The notes under the pieces are model-generated. The model was not told the DNA's origin. It saw only the letters and a program-made list of their open reading frames with translations, and did not search any database. The position numbers and the translations under genes are program-made. DNA of 28,394 bases from a bacterium (GTDB taxonomy: Bacteria; Sysuimicrobiota; Sysuimicrobiia; Sysuimicrobiales; Kaftiobacteriaceae), in the NCBI GenBank assembly GCA_044868695.1, contig JBIOWP010000007.1:1-28394 (forward strand). Reading direction: 5' to 3'. Below, piece by piece: positions 8,055 to 17,958 of the stretch (the stretch's first letter is position 1; each line of letters opens with the position of its first letter).

Positions 8055-9281
8055 ATGAGAAGCCACAAGCGGATTGCGGTCACGGTGGTCGTTGCTCTAT
8101 TGGCCCTATGGACCGGTGGCGCGGTCTTGGCCGCCCCGGCCGCCGGCATCCCCTACAAGGTCGGCTTCATCGCGTCGATTACCGGACCGGGGGCCAGCCT
8201 GGGCGTGCCGGAACGAGATGTAGCCCGCATGGTCCAGGAACGGCTCCGGGCCGATGGCGGGGTGGCCGGCCCTGACGGCGTGCGCCACGACGTCACGATC
8301 CTGATCTTCGACGACGAGAGCAAAGCGGATGCTGCGGCCAGTCTCGCCCGCCGTCTAGTTGAGGAGGAGAAGGTGGCGGTGCTGGTGGCAGGCACCCTCA
8401 GCGGACCAAGCCTGGCCATGGTCCCCATCGCCACCGAAGGAAAGACCCCGATGGTCTCGATGGCCTCGGCCAGGAGCATCATCGAGGACCCGCAGACCAG
8501 GCGGATGCGCCCTTGGATCTTCAAGCCGGTGCCGGAGAACCTGCACTCGGCGCAGGCGCAGGCAGGCTTCCTGGCAGCCGCCGGTCTGACGACCGTCTGC
8601 CACCTCTACGAAAACACCGCGTACGGCCAGGATACCTTCGCCAGCGCGCAGGCGATCTTTCCTCCTGCGGGCATCCGCATTCTCTATGGGGATGCGTTCG
8701 ACCGGACCGCGACCGAATTTCCCCAGGTGACCCGAGTGCGGGTCAGCGGCTGCAAGGCGATTGTGATCGGGTCCATTCCGCCCGCCGCGGCGCTCATCAA
8801 CGTGGCGGTCGCCGAGCGTGTCCGCGGCCGGCGCGTGATCCACGGACACGGGGCCTGCAGTCCGGATCTGGTGCGGACCGCCGGCGCTTCGGCCGAAGGG
8901 ACGGTCATGCCATGCGGAAAGATCCTGGTCGCTACGCAACTGCCCGTCACCGACCCGGTACGGCGGCTGAATCTGCAGTTCATCAGCGACTTTCAGGCGT
9001 CGACAGGCGGCCAGCCGATCAGCACGTTCGCGGGTCATGCCTTTGACGCCCTGCAGTGGACCCTCACCACGCTGCGGAACGTCCCGGACGGATTGCCGCT
9101 GGACCGCCAGCGGGAGCGCGTACGCGAGGCGCTGGAGACCAGGATCGTGAAGTTCCCCGGCACGCACGGACTCTTCACGCTGAGCGCCGAGGATCATCTT
9201 GGCTTCGATTACCGAGACTTCGTCTTTGTCACGGTGAAAGACGGCGTATTCACCGTTCTGCCGCGCGCGCAGTGGAGGTGA
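8055..9281 (+). CDS. LIV/HAAT-family ABC transporter substrate-binding protein (likely aromatic acid ligand)
   Basis: Signal peptide, YKVGFIASITGPGASLG, DDESK, WIFK, TAYGQ, FAGHAFDA and DHLG; AGGAGG RBS. Confidence 0.9.
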   Translation: MRSHKRIAVTVVVALLALWTGGAVLAAPAAGIPYKVGFIASITGPGASLGVPERDVARMVQERLRADGGVAGPDGVRHDVTILIFDDESKADAAASLARRLVEEEKVAVLVAGTLSGPSLAMVPIATEGKTPMVSMASARSIIEDPQTRRMRPWIFKPVPENLHSAQAQAGFLAAAGLTTVCHLYENTAYGQDTFASAQAIFPPAGIRILYGDAFDRTATEFPQVTRVRVSGCKAIVIGSIPPAAALINVAVAERVRGRRVIHGHGACSPDLVRTAGASAEGTVMPCGKILVATQLPVTDPVRRLNLQFISDFQASTGGQPISTFAGHAFDALQWTLTTLRNVPDGLPLDRQRERVREALETRIVKFPGTHGLFTLSAEDHLGFDYRDFVFVTVKDGVFTVLPRAQWR

Positions 9282-10276
9282 CCCCACGGAGGCTGCGCCC
9301 GCCATGGCTGGGTGCGGCGGTCAGCCTGGTCGTGGTCGCCCTGGTTCTGCTCGGCCGCCGCCATGGATTTGGTCTCATGGACTACCTGCAACTCCTGGTC
9401 GACGGTCTGCAGGCCGGCGCGATTTACGCGCTCGTGGCGCTCGGGTTCGTCGCGGTGCACCGGGTCACCGGCATCATTAACTTTGCGCAAGGCGCGTTCG
9501 TGATGCTTGGACCGATGCTCACGATCACCCTATACGATCAGTCCTGGCCGCTGCCGGCACCGGTTCGACTTGTGCTGTCCGCGCTACTGGCCGTCCTGCT
9601 AACGGCCGCGGTTGGTGTGGGGATCCACCGGCTCGCGCTGCATCCGGCCCGGCAGGCCACGATGTTGACCAAGATCATCATCACCGTGGGCGCCTATCTG
9701 GTGCTGCAGGGGGCGGCGCTTGTAGTCTGGGGCCCCCGACCCTACGTGCTACCGGCGTTCAGCACAATGCAGATGGCCGACCGGTCCTTCGCGCTCGCCG
9801 ACGTGCTCGTTCGCGCCCAGAGCCTGTGGATTTGGGGCACCACGGCCGCCACGCTTGTGCTGCTGGCATTGTTCTTCGAGCGCACGCTGGCCGGGAAGGC
9901 CATGCGGGCCTGCGCGGTGAACCGGTTGGCCGCGCAGCTGGTGGGAGTGCGTGTTGACAGCATGGCGGCGCAGGCATTCGCTCTGGCCGCGGTACTTGGC
10001 GCGCTCGGGGGCGTCGTCCTGGCGCCGGTGACGAGGCCGACGTATGATATGGGTTTGGAGATTGGTCTGAAAGGCTTTGTCGCGGCAATCATGGGCGGCC
10101 TCGTCAGTGTCGAAGGTGCCGTGCTGGGCGGGCTGATCCTTGGCGTCTTGGAGAACCTGTGGGCGGGCGTGACCCTCGCGGGCTTCAAAGACCTCTTTGC
10201 CTTTGTCGTGCTCATCCTACTGCTGTTGATCCGACCTGGTGGATTCGCCGGCGCCGAGGCCTCGGGAGACGGGTGA
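9278..10276 (+). CDS. livH: LIV-type ABC transporter permease (LivH-like)
   Basis: GAIYALVALGF, GIINFAQG, GKAMRACA, GLKGFVAAIMGG and many TM segments; start reassigned to GTG 9278, which overlaps the SBP stop (GTGA). Confidence 0.9.
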   Translation: MTPRRLRPPWLGAAVSLVVVALVLLGRRHGFGLMDYLQLLVDGLQAGAIYALVALGFVAVHRVTGIINFAQGAFVMLGPMLTITLYDQSWPLPAPVRLVLSALLAVLLTAAVGVGIHRLALHPARQATMLTKIIITVGAYLVLQGAALVVWGPRPYVLPAFSTMQMADRSFALADVLVRAQSLWIWGTTAATLVLLALFFERTLAGKAMRACAVNRLAAQLVGVRVDSMAAQAFALAAVLGALGGVVLAPVTRPTYDMGLEIGLKGFVAAIMGGLVSVEGAVLGGLILGVLENLWAGVTLAGFKDLFAFVVLILLLLIRPGGFAGAEASGDG

Positions 10277-11352
10277 TGCTCCGGCGCCACCTATCGGCAG
10301 ACGCCGTTCGGCTTCTGCTGGCCGCTCTGCTTGTACTGGGCATCAGCGGGCTGGAGACGATCCATCCAGGTGGGTGGTCGCTGTTTCGACTTACCCGCGG
10401 CCTCCTGACGCTCGACTTGCTCATACGCGCGGGGATCTTCACGATCATTCTGGTGGGATTGAACCTCCTGATGGGCGCTGCCGGGCAGGTATCCCTCGGG
10501 CAAGCCGCCTTCTACGGGATGGGCGCGTTCTTCTCTGCGGTCCTCACAGTCCGCGCCGGCGCGTTGGGCATTCCGGCGGCGCTGGCCGAGGCGTGGTGGT
10601 GGGCCTGGATCCTGATCCCATCCGGGGCGGTGCTCGCCGGTGCCGTCGCCTACCCGATTGGCTTGACAATCCTGCGCCTGCGCGGCCACTACTTGGCCAT
10701 GGCCACGCTGGGGATGGGCGTTGTCGTCTTTATCGTGCTGCGGGAGAACCTCGGCCTGAGCCACCTAAATCTCACCGGCGGATTTGACGGGGTCTTCGGC
10801 ATCCGCCGCCTGCGTCTCGCCACGCTGGAGGTCTGGCCGGCGCCCCGCTACTTCCTTCTGGTCTGGACGGTGGCGCTGTCGGCCATCGCGCTGGGCATCA
10901 ACATTCTGCACTCGCGAATCGGACGGGCCCTACGTGCGATCCACGGGAGCGAGCCGGCCGCCAACAGCCTCGGCGTTGCCGTCCCGTACTACAAGGCCGA
11001 GGTCTTCGCCCTCAGCGCGATGCTGGCCTCGCTTGCCGGAAGCCTGTACGCGCACTTTCAGGCAGCCGTGGTGCCGGCCACGTTCGGGTTTGTCCCGTCG
11101 CTTGAACTCGTGGTCATGTCAGCCGTCGGTGGGATGACGAACGTGTGGGGCGCTCCCATTGGGGCCCTGACGATCCTCCTCTTAAAGGAAATTCTTCACA
11201 CGCAAGTGCCGGTGATACTCCCCGAGGTGAAGGGCGAGATCGCGCCGATCGTGTTCGGCATCCTGCTGGTGCTGGTCATGCGGTTCTGGCCACAGGGGAT
11301 CACTGGACGGGGGCTCGGCTGGTTCCGCGTGTCGCCGACGGCACCGAGGTAA
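10276..11352 (+). CDS. livM: LIV-type ABC transporter permease (LivM-like)
   Basis: GLNLLMGAAGQVSLGQAAFYGMG, LRLRGHYLAMATLG, TGGFDG and SRIGRALRAI; ATG at 10276 (or GTG 10273) coupled to the livH stop. Confidence 0.9.
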   Translation: MLRRHLSADAVRLLLAALLVLGISGLETIHPGGWSLFRLTRGLLTLDLLIRAGIFTIILVGLNLLMGAAGQVSLGQAAFYGMGAFFSAVLTVRAGALGIPAALAEAWWWAWILIPSGAVLAGAVAYPIGLTILRLRGHYLAMATLGMGVVVFIVLRENLGLSHLNLTGGFDGVFGIRRLRLATLEVWPAPRYFLLVWTVALSAIALGINILHSRIGRALRAIHGSEPAANSLGVAVPYYKAEVFALSAMLASLAGSLYAHFQAAVVPATFGFVPSLELVVMSAVGGMTNVWGAPIGALTILLLKEILHTQVPVILPEVKGEIAPIVFGILLVLVMRFWPQGITGRGLGWFRVSPTAPR

Positions 11353-11357
11353 TCCCG

Positions 11358-12134
11358 ATGCCGGCCGTACCGCTTCTCCGCATCGAGCACCTCAAGAAGT
11401 CCTTTGATGGCCTTCAGGCGCTCCTCGACGTGTCGCTGGCCGTCGTTCCCGGTCAAATCAAAGGACTGATCGGCCCCAACGGGGCAGGCAAGACCACGCT
11501 GTTCAATCTTGTCGCCGGAGTGCTCGCGCCAAGCGCCGGCGATATCAGGTTTCGCGGACGATCCATCCTGGGGCATCCACCCTATCAGATCGCGGAGTTA
11601 GGGATCGTACGCACCTTTCAGAACGTCCAGATCTTTCCGGGGATGACGGTGCTGGAGAACGTGCTCGTTGGCTGCCATCAACACATGCGCAGCAGCGTGC
11701 TGGATGCCGCCTTTCGCACCCCACGGATGCGACGTGAGGAGGTGGTCATGCGCGGACGGGCCGCAGGACTCCTGGCCATGTGCGGGCTAGACCGATGGGC
11801 GGATGCGAGCGCAGACAGCCTGCCCTTTGGCCTGCAGCGGATCGTCGAGATCGCCCGCGCGCTGGCCGCGTCGCCCACGCTGCTGCTGCTGGACGAGCCT
11901 GGGGCCGGGCTCAGTGCGACGGAGAAGTCCGCGGCGGCCGCCCTGATCCGCAGGATCCGCGATGAGGGGCTGACCGTCTTCCTCGTCGAGCACGACATGG
12001 CACTGATGATGGACCTAGCCGATGAAGTGGCGGTCCTCGATCGTGGCGTCCTGATCGCGGAGGGGCCCCCCGCGGCTATTCAGGCGAATATCGCGGTGAT
12101 CACGGCCTACCTGGGGGTGGGCGATGCTTCTTGA
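11358..12134 (+). CDS. livG: LIV-type ABC transporter ATP-binding protein (LivG-like)
   Basis: GLIGPNGAGKTT, RTFQN, LPFGLQR, LLLLDEP and VEHDM; ATG 11358 follows a GAGGT RBS. Confidence 0.92.
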   Translation: MPAVPLLRIEHLKKSFDGLQALLDVSLAVVPGQIKGLIGPNGAGKTTLFNLVAGVLAPSAGDIRFRGRSILGHPPYQIAELGIVRTFQNVQIFPGMTVLENVLVGCHQHMRSSVLDAAFRTPRMRREEVVMRGRAAGLLAMCGLDRWADASADSLPFGLQRIVEIARALAASPTLLLLDEPGAGLSATEKSAAAALIRRIRDEGLTVFLVEHDMALMMDLADEVAVLDRGVLIAEGPPAAIQANIAVITAYLGVGDAS

Positions 12135-12873
12135 GGTGCGCAGCGTGGAGGCCGGGTACGGCCGCCTCACGGTTCTGTACGGGGTCTCTCTGGTGGTCCG
12201 GCCAGGCGAGATCGCGGCGGTGATCGGCGCAAACGGCGCGGGCAAGACGACGCTCCTGCGGGTGGTCTCCGGGCTCCTGCCACCACTGGCGGGCGAGGTC
12301 GTGTTCGACGGCCGGCCTATTGGCGGCTGGCCGGCAGAGCGTACCGTTGCGCTTGGCCTGGCACACGTGCCGGAACGCCGGCAGGTGTTTGCGACGATGC
12401 GCGTTCTGGACAACCTGCTTCTCGGCGCCTACCTGCGCTTCCGCCGCGAGCCCCGAACTGCGATTGCCGCCGACCTGGAGCGAGTCTACGCGTTGTTTCC
12501 GCGTCTGGGCACGCGCCACCGGCAGCTTGCCGGCACCCTAAGTGGGGGCGAGCAACAGATGCTGGCCATCGGCCGCGGACTGATGGCCCGGCCGCGGCTG
12601 CTGCTCTTAGATGAACCGTCTCTCGGCCTCGCCCCGCTGCTGGTACGCGAGTTGTTCCGCGCGATCACGGAGCTGCGCTCGCAGGGAATGACCGTGCTGC
12701 TCGTTGAGCAGAACGCGCGGCAGGCGCTCCAGATCGCCGACACCGCCTATGTCATGGAAGCCGGCCGGATCGTCCTGCACGGGCCTGGGCCGGCCGTGCT
12801 GGCCGATGCGTCGGTGCAGACGGCCTACTTGGGAGGCCGCAGTGCCGGCGGGAGTGGACACGGGTCCTCGTGA
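12124..12873 (+). CDS. livF: LIV-type ABC transporter ATP-binding protein (LivF-like)
   Basis: GANGAGKTT, HVPERRQVF, LSGGEQQMLAIGR, LDEPSLGLAP and LVEQN. Confidence 0.93.
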   Translation: MLLEVRSVEAGYGRLTVLYGVSLVVRPGEIAAVIGANGAGKTTLLRVVSGLLPPLAGEVVFDGRPIGGWPAERTVALGLAHVPERRQVFATMRVLDNLLLGAYLRFRREPRTAIAADLERVYALFPRLGTRHRQLAGTLSGGEQQMLAIGRGLMARPRLLLLDEPSLGLAPLLVRELFRAITELRSQGMTVLLVEQNARQALQIADTAYVMEAGRIVLHGPGPAVLADASVQTAYLGGRSAGGSGHGSS

Positions 12874-13652
12874 GTCACCATTTCCGCTCGGGTTCTCTTG
12901 AGCTGACCTATGAGGTCGCTGGGGACACCGGCCGGCCCCCCCTGCTCATGCTCCACAACGCATGCAGCACGTTCGGCGCGGCGTTTCGAGGAGCACTGGG
13001 GCCCCTCTCCTGCCAGTTCCGCCTCGTTGGTCCGGACCTGCGCGGCCACGGTCACAGCAGCAATCCTGATGACCGGCTCGACCTCCGGCAGATGGCCGAC
13101 GATCTGGCCGCGCTGCTGGATCACCTCACCCTCCCGACCGTCCACGTGCTGGCGTTCAGTGGGGGCGCTTCGGTCGCTCTCTACCTGATCACGCGACACC
13201 CTCGCCGCGTAGACGCGCAAGTGCTCATCGGCAGCCATTACACTATCCGCGGGCTCGTGACCCGCGGCGACGCGTTCTGGGATGCACGGCGGATTCAGCA
13301 CGAGCAGCCGGCCTGGTGGGCCGCGATGCTGGCCATGCACGGATCCGAAGCGCGGGTGCGGGCGCTGCTGCGCTGGTGGCAAGAAGAAGATCACTGCCGG
13401 CCGGATTTCTCTACGGAGGAACTCGCTGCGATCACCGCGCCCACCCTGCTCATCGTCGGCGCACAGGATCCTATCACCCCGGTTGATCAGACGCGTGAGA
13501 TGGCTGCCCGGATGCCCCGTGCCCGGCTGATCGAGTTCGCCGGCACGGGACACGATGTGATGCGCGAGCGCCCAGAGGAGTTCCTACAGGTGGCCAGGAC
13601 CTTCTGGGCGGAGATTGGCGCTCCAGACGAAACCAGGGGACCCGGGACCTAG
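12870..13652 (+). CDS. Alpha/beta fold hydrolase
   Basis: PDLRGHGHS, nucleophile elbow AFSGG, PTLLIVGAQD and GTGH; GTGA-coupled to livF. Confidence 0.85.
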   Translation: MSHHFRSGSLELTYEVAGDTGRPPLLMLHNACSTFGAAFRGALGPLSCQFRLVGPDLRGHGHSSNPDDRLDLRQMADDLAALLDHLTLPTVHVLAFSGGASVALYLITRHPRRVDAQVLIGSHYTIRGLVTRGDAFWDARRIQHEQPAWWAAMLAMHGSEARVRALLRWWQEEDHCRPDFSTEELAAITAPTLLIVGAQDPITPVDQTREMAARMPRARLIEFAGTGHDVMRERPEEFLQVARTFWAEIGAPDETRGPGT

Positions 13653-14974
13653 AGTTTGCGCTGATCGACCACGCGGCGCAGTTTGCCGCCTTCAGATCGC
13701 GGCAGCCTGCCCGGCGGCACGAGGGTCACATGGGCGGTGATGCCCAGCACACCCAGCACCTTTTGCTGGCAGCGCATCGCCAGCTCTCGGACCTCCAGCT
13801 CTTCGCCGCTAAACGTTCCGCCCAGCTGCTTGGCGAACCCTTCGCCCACCTCAATGGAGATGTCCAGCTCGTCCAGCGTGCGCTGGCGGGTAACGGCCAA
13901 CTGGTAGTGTGGGGAGAGCTCTTCCACACCTACGAGCGCCGCCTCAATCTGTGTTGGATAGACGTTCACCCCGCGGATGATGAGCATGTCGTCCGTCCGG
14001 CCCATCACCCGCGACATCCGGACGCACGTGCGGCCGCAGCGGCACGGGGTAGGGTCGAGCGAGGCGATGTCGCCGGTGCGGTACCGGATGACCGGCAGCG
14101 CCTCTTTGGTCAAAGTCGTGAACACGAGCTCACCCGCCTCCCCGGGGAGAACCGGATCTCCAGTCTGCGGGTTGACGACCTCCACTAGAAAATGATCCTC
14201 GAAGATGTGCGCGCCGTCCTTCTCCTCCACGCACTCATTGCTAACCCCAGGACCGATGACCTCAGTCAGCCCGTAGATGTTCAGCGCGATGATGCCGAGT
14301 TTGCGCTCGATCTCGTCGCGCATCGCCTCGGTCCACGGTTCCGCCCCCAGCACCCCGTATCGGAGCTGGAGCGATCCGGGTCGAATTCCGCGCGCGGCCA
14401 AGGCTTCGGCCAGGGTCAGTGCGTACGATGGCGTGCAGGCGATGATCTTGGCGCCGAAGTCTTGCAGCAGCGTGATCTGGCGCTCAGTGTTACCGCCGGA
14501 GACGGGCACGACGACGAGCCCCATCAGCTCGGCGCCGTAGTGCATTCCCAGGCCCCCGGTGAATAGTCCGTATCCGTAGGCGTTCTGAAAGACGTCGCCG
14601 GGCTCGGCGCCGCTCGCCGCCAGGCAGCGCGCGCAGACTTCCGCCCACACGCGGATATCGGCGGCCGTGTAGCCGGCGACGGTCGGCTTGCCTGTCGTTC
14701 CAGAGGAGGCATGAACGCGGACCATCCGCGACACGGGCACCGCGACTAGACCAAAGGGATAAGTGTCGCGGAAGTCGCTCTTGTGGGTGAACGGCAGCCG
14801 CGGCAGTTCGTCCAACGTCTTGATCTGGTCGGGGCGCACCCGAGCGTCGTCGCACCGCCGTCGGTAGAACGCCACCTGCTCGTAGACGCGCTGGACCACC
14901 TGCTGCAGGCGGCGCAACTGCAGCGCCTGGAGATCTCTGCGCGGCATCGTTTCCATCTCGGGATTCCAGATCAT
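13649..14974 (-). CDS. paaK: Phenylacetate-CoA ligase
   Basis: RVHASSGTTGKP, NAYGYGLFTGGLG, GAEPW, NIYGLTEVIGPGV, RYRTGD and GRTDDMLIIRGVNV; start set at ATG 14974 (MIWNPEME). Confidence 0.93.
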   Translation of the reverse strand: MIWNPEMETMPRRDLQALQLRRLQQVVQRVYEQVAFYRRRCDDARVRPDQIKTLDELPRLPFTHKSDFRDTYPFGLVAVPVSRMVRVHASSGTTGKPTVAGYTAADIRVWAEVCARCLAASGAEPGDVFQNAYGYGLFTGGLGMHYGAELMGLVVVPVSGGNTERQITLLQDFGAKIIACTPSYALTLAEALAARGIRPGSLQLRYGVLGAEPWTEAMRDEIERKLGIIALNIYGLTEVIGPGVSNECVEEKDGAHIFEDHFLVEVVNPQTGDPVLPGEAGELVFTTLTKEALPVIRYRTGDIASLDPTPCRCGRTCVRMSRVMGRTDDMLIIRGVNVYPTQIEAALVGVEELSPHYQLAVTRQRTLDELDISIEVGEGFAKQLGGTFSGEELEVRELAMRCQQKVLGVLGITAHVTLVPPGRLPRSEGGKLRRVVDQRKL

Positions 14975-15096
14975 GGTTCGCCGTCTGTATACGACCAGGG
15001 GGTCGGGCAACCCTCGCCTGCGTGACGTGGCAGGAGACAAGGGCGCCAGTCATCGAACTCTCGGCCCCACACGCGGCCCATGGGGGAGGGCCGTCC

Positions 15097-17958
15097 ATGG
15101 AGCACCTGCCAGCGGGAACGGTCACGTTCCTGTTTACGGACATTGCGGGGTCCACGGACCTCGTCCAGCGCCTCGGGGATCGCGTCTACAGCGACCTGAT
15201 CGCCTCGCACCGCGCCCTGCTCCGCGTCATTTTCAGCGCCCACCACGGCCTGGAAATGGACACCCAGGGGGACGCGTTCTTTGTCGCGTTCGCTCAGGCC
15301 CGTGATGCCGTGACCGCGGCGGTGGCGATTCAGGCCGCGGTGGCCGCGCACGCGCGGCCGTCGCAGGCCCGGGTGCGCGTCCGGATAGGAGTGCACACCG
15401 GCTCACCGGTCCTCGTCGGCGGCGCCTACGTCGGGGTGGACGTGCACCGGGCGGCCCGGATTTGCGCGGCCGGCCACGGCGGACAGGTCCTGTTGTCGCA
15501 GGCGACCTGCGCCCTGATCACCGGCTCGCTCCCAGACGGGATGGGGCTGGCGGACCTGGGCGAGCACCGCCTGCGTGACCTTCGCCGGAGTGAGCGCATC
15601 TTCCAGGTCCTCCATCCCCACCTCCCACCTGATCTCCCGCCGCTGCGCTCGCTGAGCGTCCTACCGCACAATCTGCCCGTGCAGCTCACCAGCTTCATCG
15701 GACGCGAGCGCGAGACCGGTGAAGTTAAACGCCTTCTGGCCGGCGCGCGCCTGCTCACGCTCAGCGGGTCCGGCGGGTCGGGGAAAACCCGCCTGGCGAT
15801 TCAGGTCGGCGCCGACTTGCTGGAGATCTATTCCGACGGGGTCTGGCTCGTGGACCTGGCGCCGCTGTCGAACCCGGCTCTGATACCGTCTGCGGTGGCG
15901 GCGGCACTGGCGGTGCGCGAGGAAAGCGGCCGTCCGCTGGCTGTTACGCTGACAGAGTCGCTGCGCGCCAAGCGACTCTTGCTCATCCTCGACAACTGCG
16001 AACACCTGGTGGACGCGTGCGCCCAGATGGCCGAGTCGCTGCTGCAGGCCGGGCCGCAGGTGACGATCCTCGCCACCAGCCGTGAGCGGCTGAACGTTCC
16101 GGGGGAAACTGTCTACCTGGTCCCTCCGCTCTCACTGCCGGAAACTCACCGCCCCCTCGCCGTGGAGGAGTTGATCAAGACCGAGGCCGTGCGTCTCTTC
16201 GTAGAGCGTGCGTCGTCCGTCCATCCCGGATGGTCCCCGGCCCCGGCCGTTGCGGCGGACATCGCCCGCATTGTGCAGGCGCTGGATGGGATCCCGCTTG
16301 CGATTGAGCTGGCGGCGGCGCGCGTGACCGTGCTCTCGACGGCGCAGATCGCAGAACGCCTGCGGGATCGGTTCCGCCTGCTGACCGCCGGCAGCCGCAC
16401 CGCGCTGCCTCGTCAGCAGACGCTTGTGGCCACAATGGACTGGAGCTACGAGCTCCTCTCCGAGCCGGAGCGGGCGCTCCTGCGCAGGCTTTCGGTCTTT
16501 GCCGGAGGACTCACGCTGGAGGCCGCGGAGGTCATCGGCGCCGGAGACGGCGTCGACCGCGCGGACATCCTTGACCTGCTGGCCCGCCTGGTGGATAAGT
16601 CGCTGGTTCTCGTGGACGACAGCGGCATCGCTCCACGCTACCGGCTGCTTGACACGGTTCGTGAATACGCGCGTGAGAAGCTGGCGGCAGCCGGAGAGGA
16701 CGTCGCCGTCCGCGACCGCCACCGCGTCTGGTATCGCGGGGTGATCGAGCGCGCGGAACCTCACCTGGACGCCTATGACCGCGCCTGGATGGACCTGTTG
16801 GAGCAGGAACACGATAACATCCGCGCGGCCCTGGAGGCCACGGTATTTGCTGCACACGGCGAGGACGCCCTACGGAGTGCGGTCGCCCTGCAGCGCCTGT
16901 GGCATGTCCGGGGCCATTGGACGGAGGGACGCCGGTGGCTGGAAGCCGCGCTGGCGGCGAGTCCGGATGCCTCCCCCGCCCTGCGGGCCAAGGCGATGGG
17001 CCGGACGGCGATGCTCGTCCAGCTCCAGGGGGACTACCATCGGGCCCGGGTGCTCGCGGAAGAAGGGTTGGCGCTGTATCGCGCACTGGGTGATGCCCGC
17101 GGCATGGCGATCATCCTTAACGTGTTGGGCAACATCACGTACAACCAGGGGGACTTCCGGACGGCGCGGGAGCTGCATGAGGCCAGCCTGGCCCATGGAC
17201 GAGAAGCCGGCGATCAGCACAGCATCGCCTCGTCGCTGCTCAACCTCGCGATCGTCGCCGACCATCTCGGACAGTACGATCAGGCGGTCACATGGTGCCG
17301 GGATAGCCTAGTGATCTTCCGGGAAATCAAAGATCCGCGCGGGATCGCCTTTGCCCTGAGCTTCCTTGGAACGCTGGCCAGTGATCAGGACGACTATGCC
17401 GCGGCCCGCCCGCTCCTGGAAGAAAGTCTCGCGCTGCAGCGCCAGTCCGGCGACAAGCAGGGTGTGGCGAATACCCTGGTCGGCCTCGGCCTCGTGGCCC
17501 GCGAGCAGGGCGATCTGGCTGCCGCGCACGCGTTGCTCTCGGAAAGCCTCTCGATCCGCCGGGAGTTGGGAAACCGGCACGGCATGGCGGCCGCGCTCAC
17601 CGCGCTCGCCCAGGTGGCCGTGCGCCGGCACAATCACTCCGAGGCGTCCGCGCAGTTCGCCGAGAGTCTGGCGATCCGGCGCGCGCTTGGGGACAAGGGC
17701 GGGATGGCGGAATGCCTGGAAGGGCTCGCCCAAATGGCCCCGCCGGCTCACGCCACGCGGCTGCTGGCAGCGGCCGGCGCAATCCGCTCGGCGCTGGGGT
17801 CATCGCGGCGGTCGGCCGATCAGCACGACTTCGAACAGCTCGCCGCCCGCCTGCTTTCAACCCTGGGCGAGGAGGTGTTCCGAGCGGCCTGGACCGACGG
17901 CGAAGCCCTCACACCCGAGGCGGCAGCCGACGAAGCGCTGCGGGCGCAGTTTACATGA
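15097..17958 (+). CDS. Class III adenylate/guanylate cyclase - STAND (NB-ARC-like) ATPase - TPR signalling protein
   Basis: TFLFTDIAGST, DTQGDAFF, RIGVHTG and DVHRAARI; HNLP...SFIGR, Walker A GSGGSGKT, Walker B LLILDNCEH, LDGIPLAIELAA; about 40-aa GDxxG TPR-like repeats; no C-terminal HTH seen; GGGGAGG RBS before ATG 15097. Confidence 0.92.
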   Translation: MEHLPAGTVTFLFTDIAGSTDLVQRLGDRVYSDLIASHRALLRVIFSAHHGLEMDTQGDAFFVAFAQARDAVTAAVAIQAAVAAHARPSQARVRVRIGVHTGSPVLVGGAYVGVDVHRAARICAAGHGGQVLLSQATCALITGSLPDGMGLADLGEHRLRDLRRSERIFQVLHPHLPPDLPPLRSLSVLPHNLPVQLTSFIGRERETGEVKRLLAGARLLTLSGSGGSGKTRLAIQVGADLLEIYSDGVWLVDLAPLSNPALIPSAVAAALAVREESGRPLAVTLTESLRAKRLLLILDNCEHLVDACAQMAESLLQAGPQVTILATSRERLNVPGETVYLVPPLSLPETHRPLAVEELIKTEAVRLFVERASSVHPGWSPAPAVAADIARIVQALDGIPLAIELAAARVTVLSTAQIAERLRDRFRLLTAGSRTALPRQQTLVATMDWSYELLSEPERALLRRLSVFAGGLTLEAAEVIGAGDGVDRADILDLLARLVDKSLVLVDDSGIAPRYRLLDTVREYAREKLAAAGEDVAVRDRHRVWYRGVIERAEPHLDAYDRAWMDLLEQEHDNIRAALEATVFAAHGEDALRSAVALQRLWHVRGHWTEGRRWLEAALAASPDASPALRAKAMGRTAMLVQLQGDYHRARVLAEEGLALYRALGDARGMAIILNVLGNITYNQGDFRTARELHEASLAHGREAGDQHSIASSLLNLAIVADHLGQYDQAVTWCRDSLVIFREIKDPRGIAFALSFLGTLASDQDDYAAARPLLEESLALQRQSGDKQGVANTLVGLGLVAREQGDLAAAHALLSESLSIRRELGNRHGMAAALTALAQVAVRRHNHSEASAQFAESLAIRRALGDKGGMAECLEGLAQMAPPAHATRLLAAAGAIRSALGSSRRSADQHDFEQLAARLLSTLGEEVFRAAWTDGEALTPEAAADEALRAQFT

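Noticed and set aside
15097..17958. Pycsar or Avs anti-phage system
   Set aside because: No adjacent cNMP-binding effector or defence-island context; the architecture fits a general signalling STAND family.
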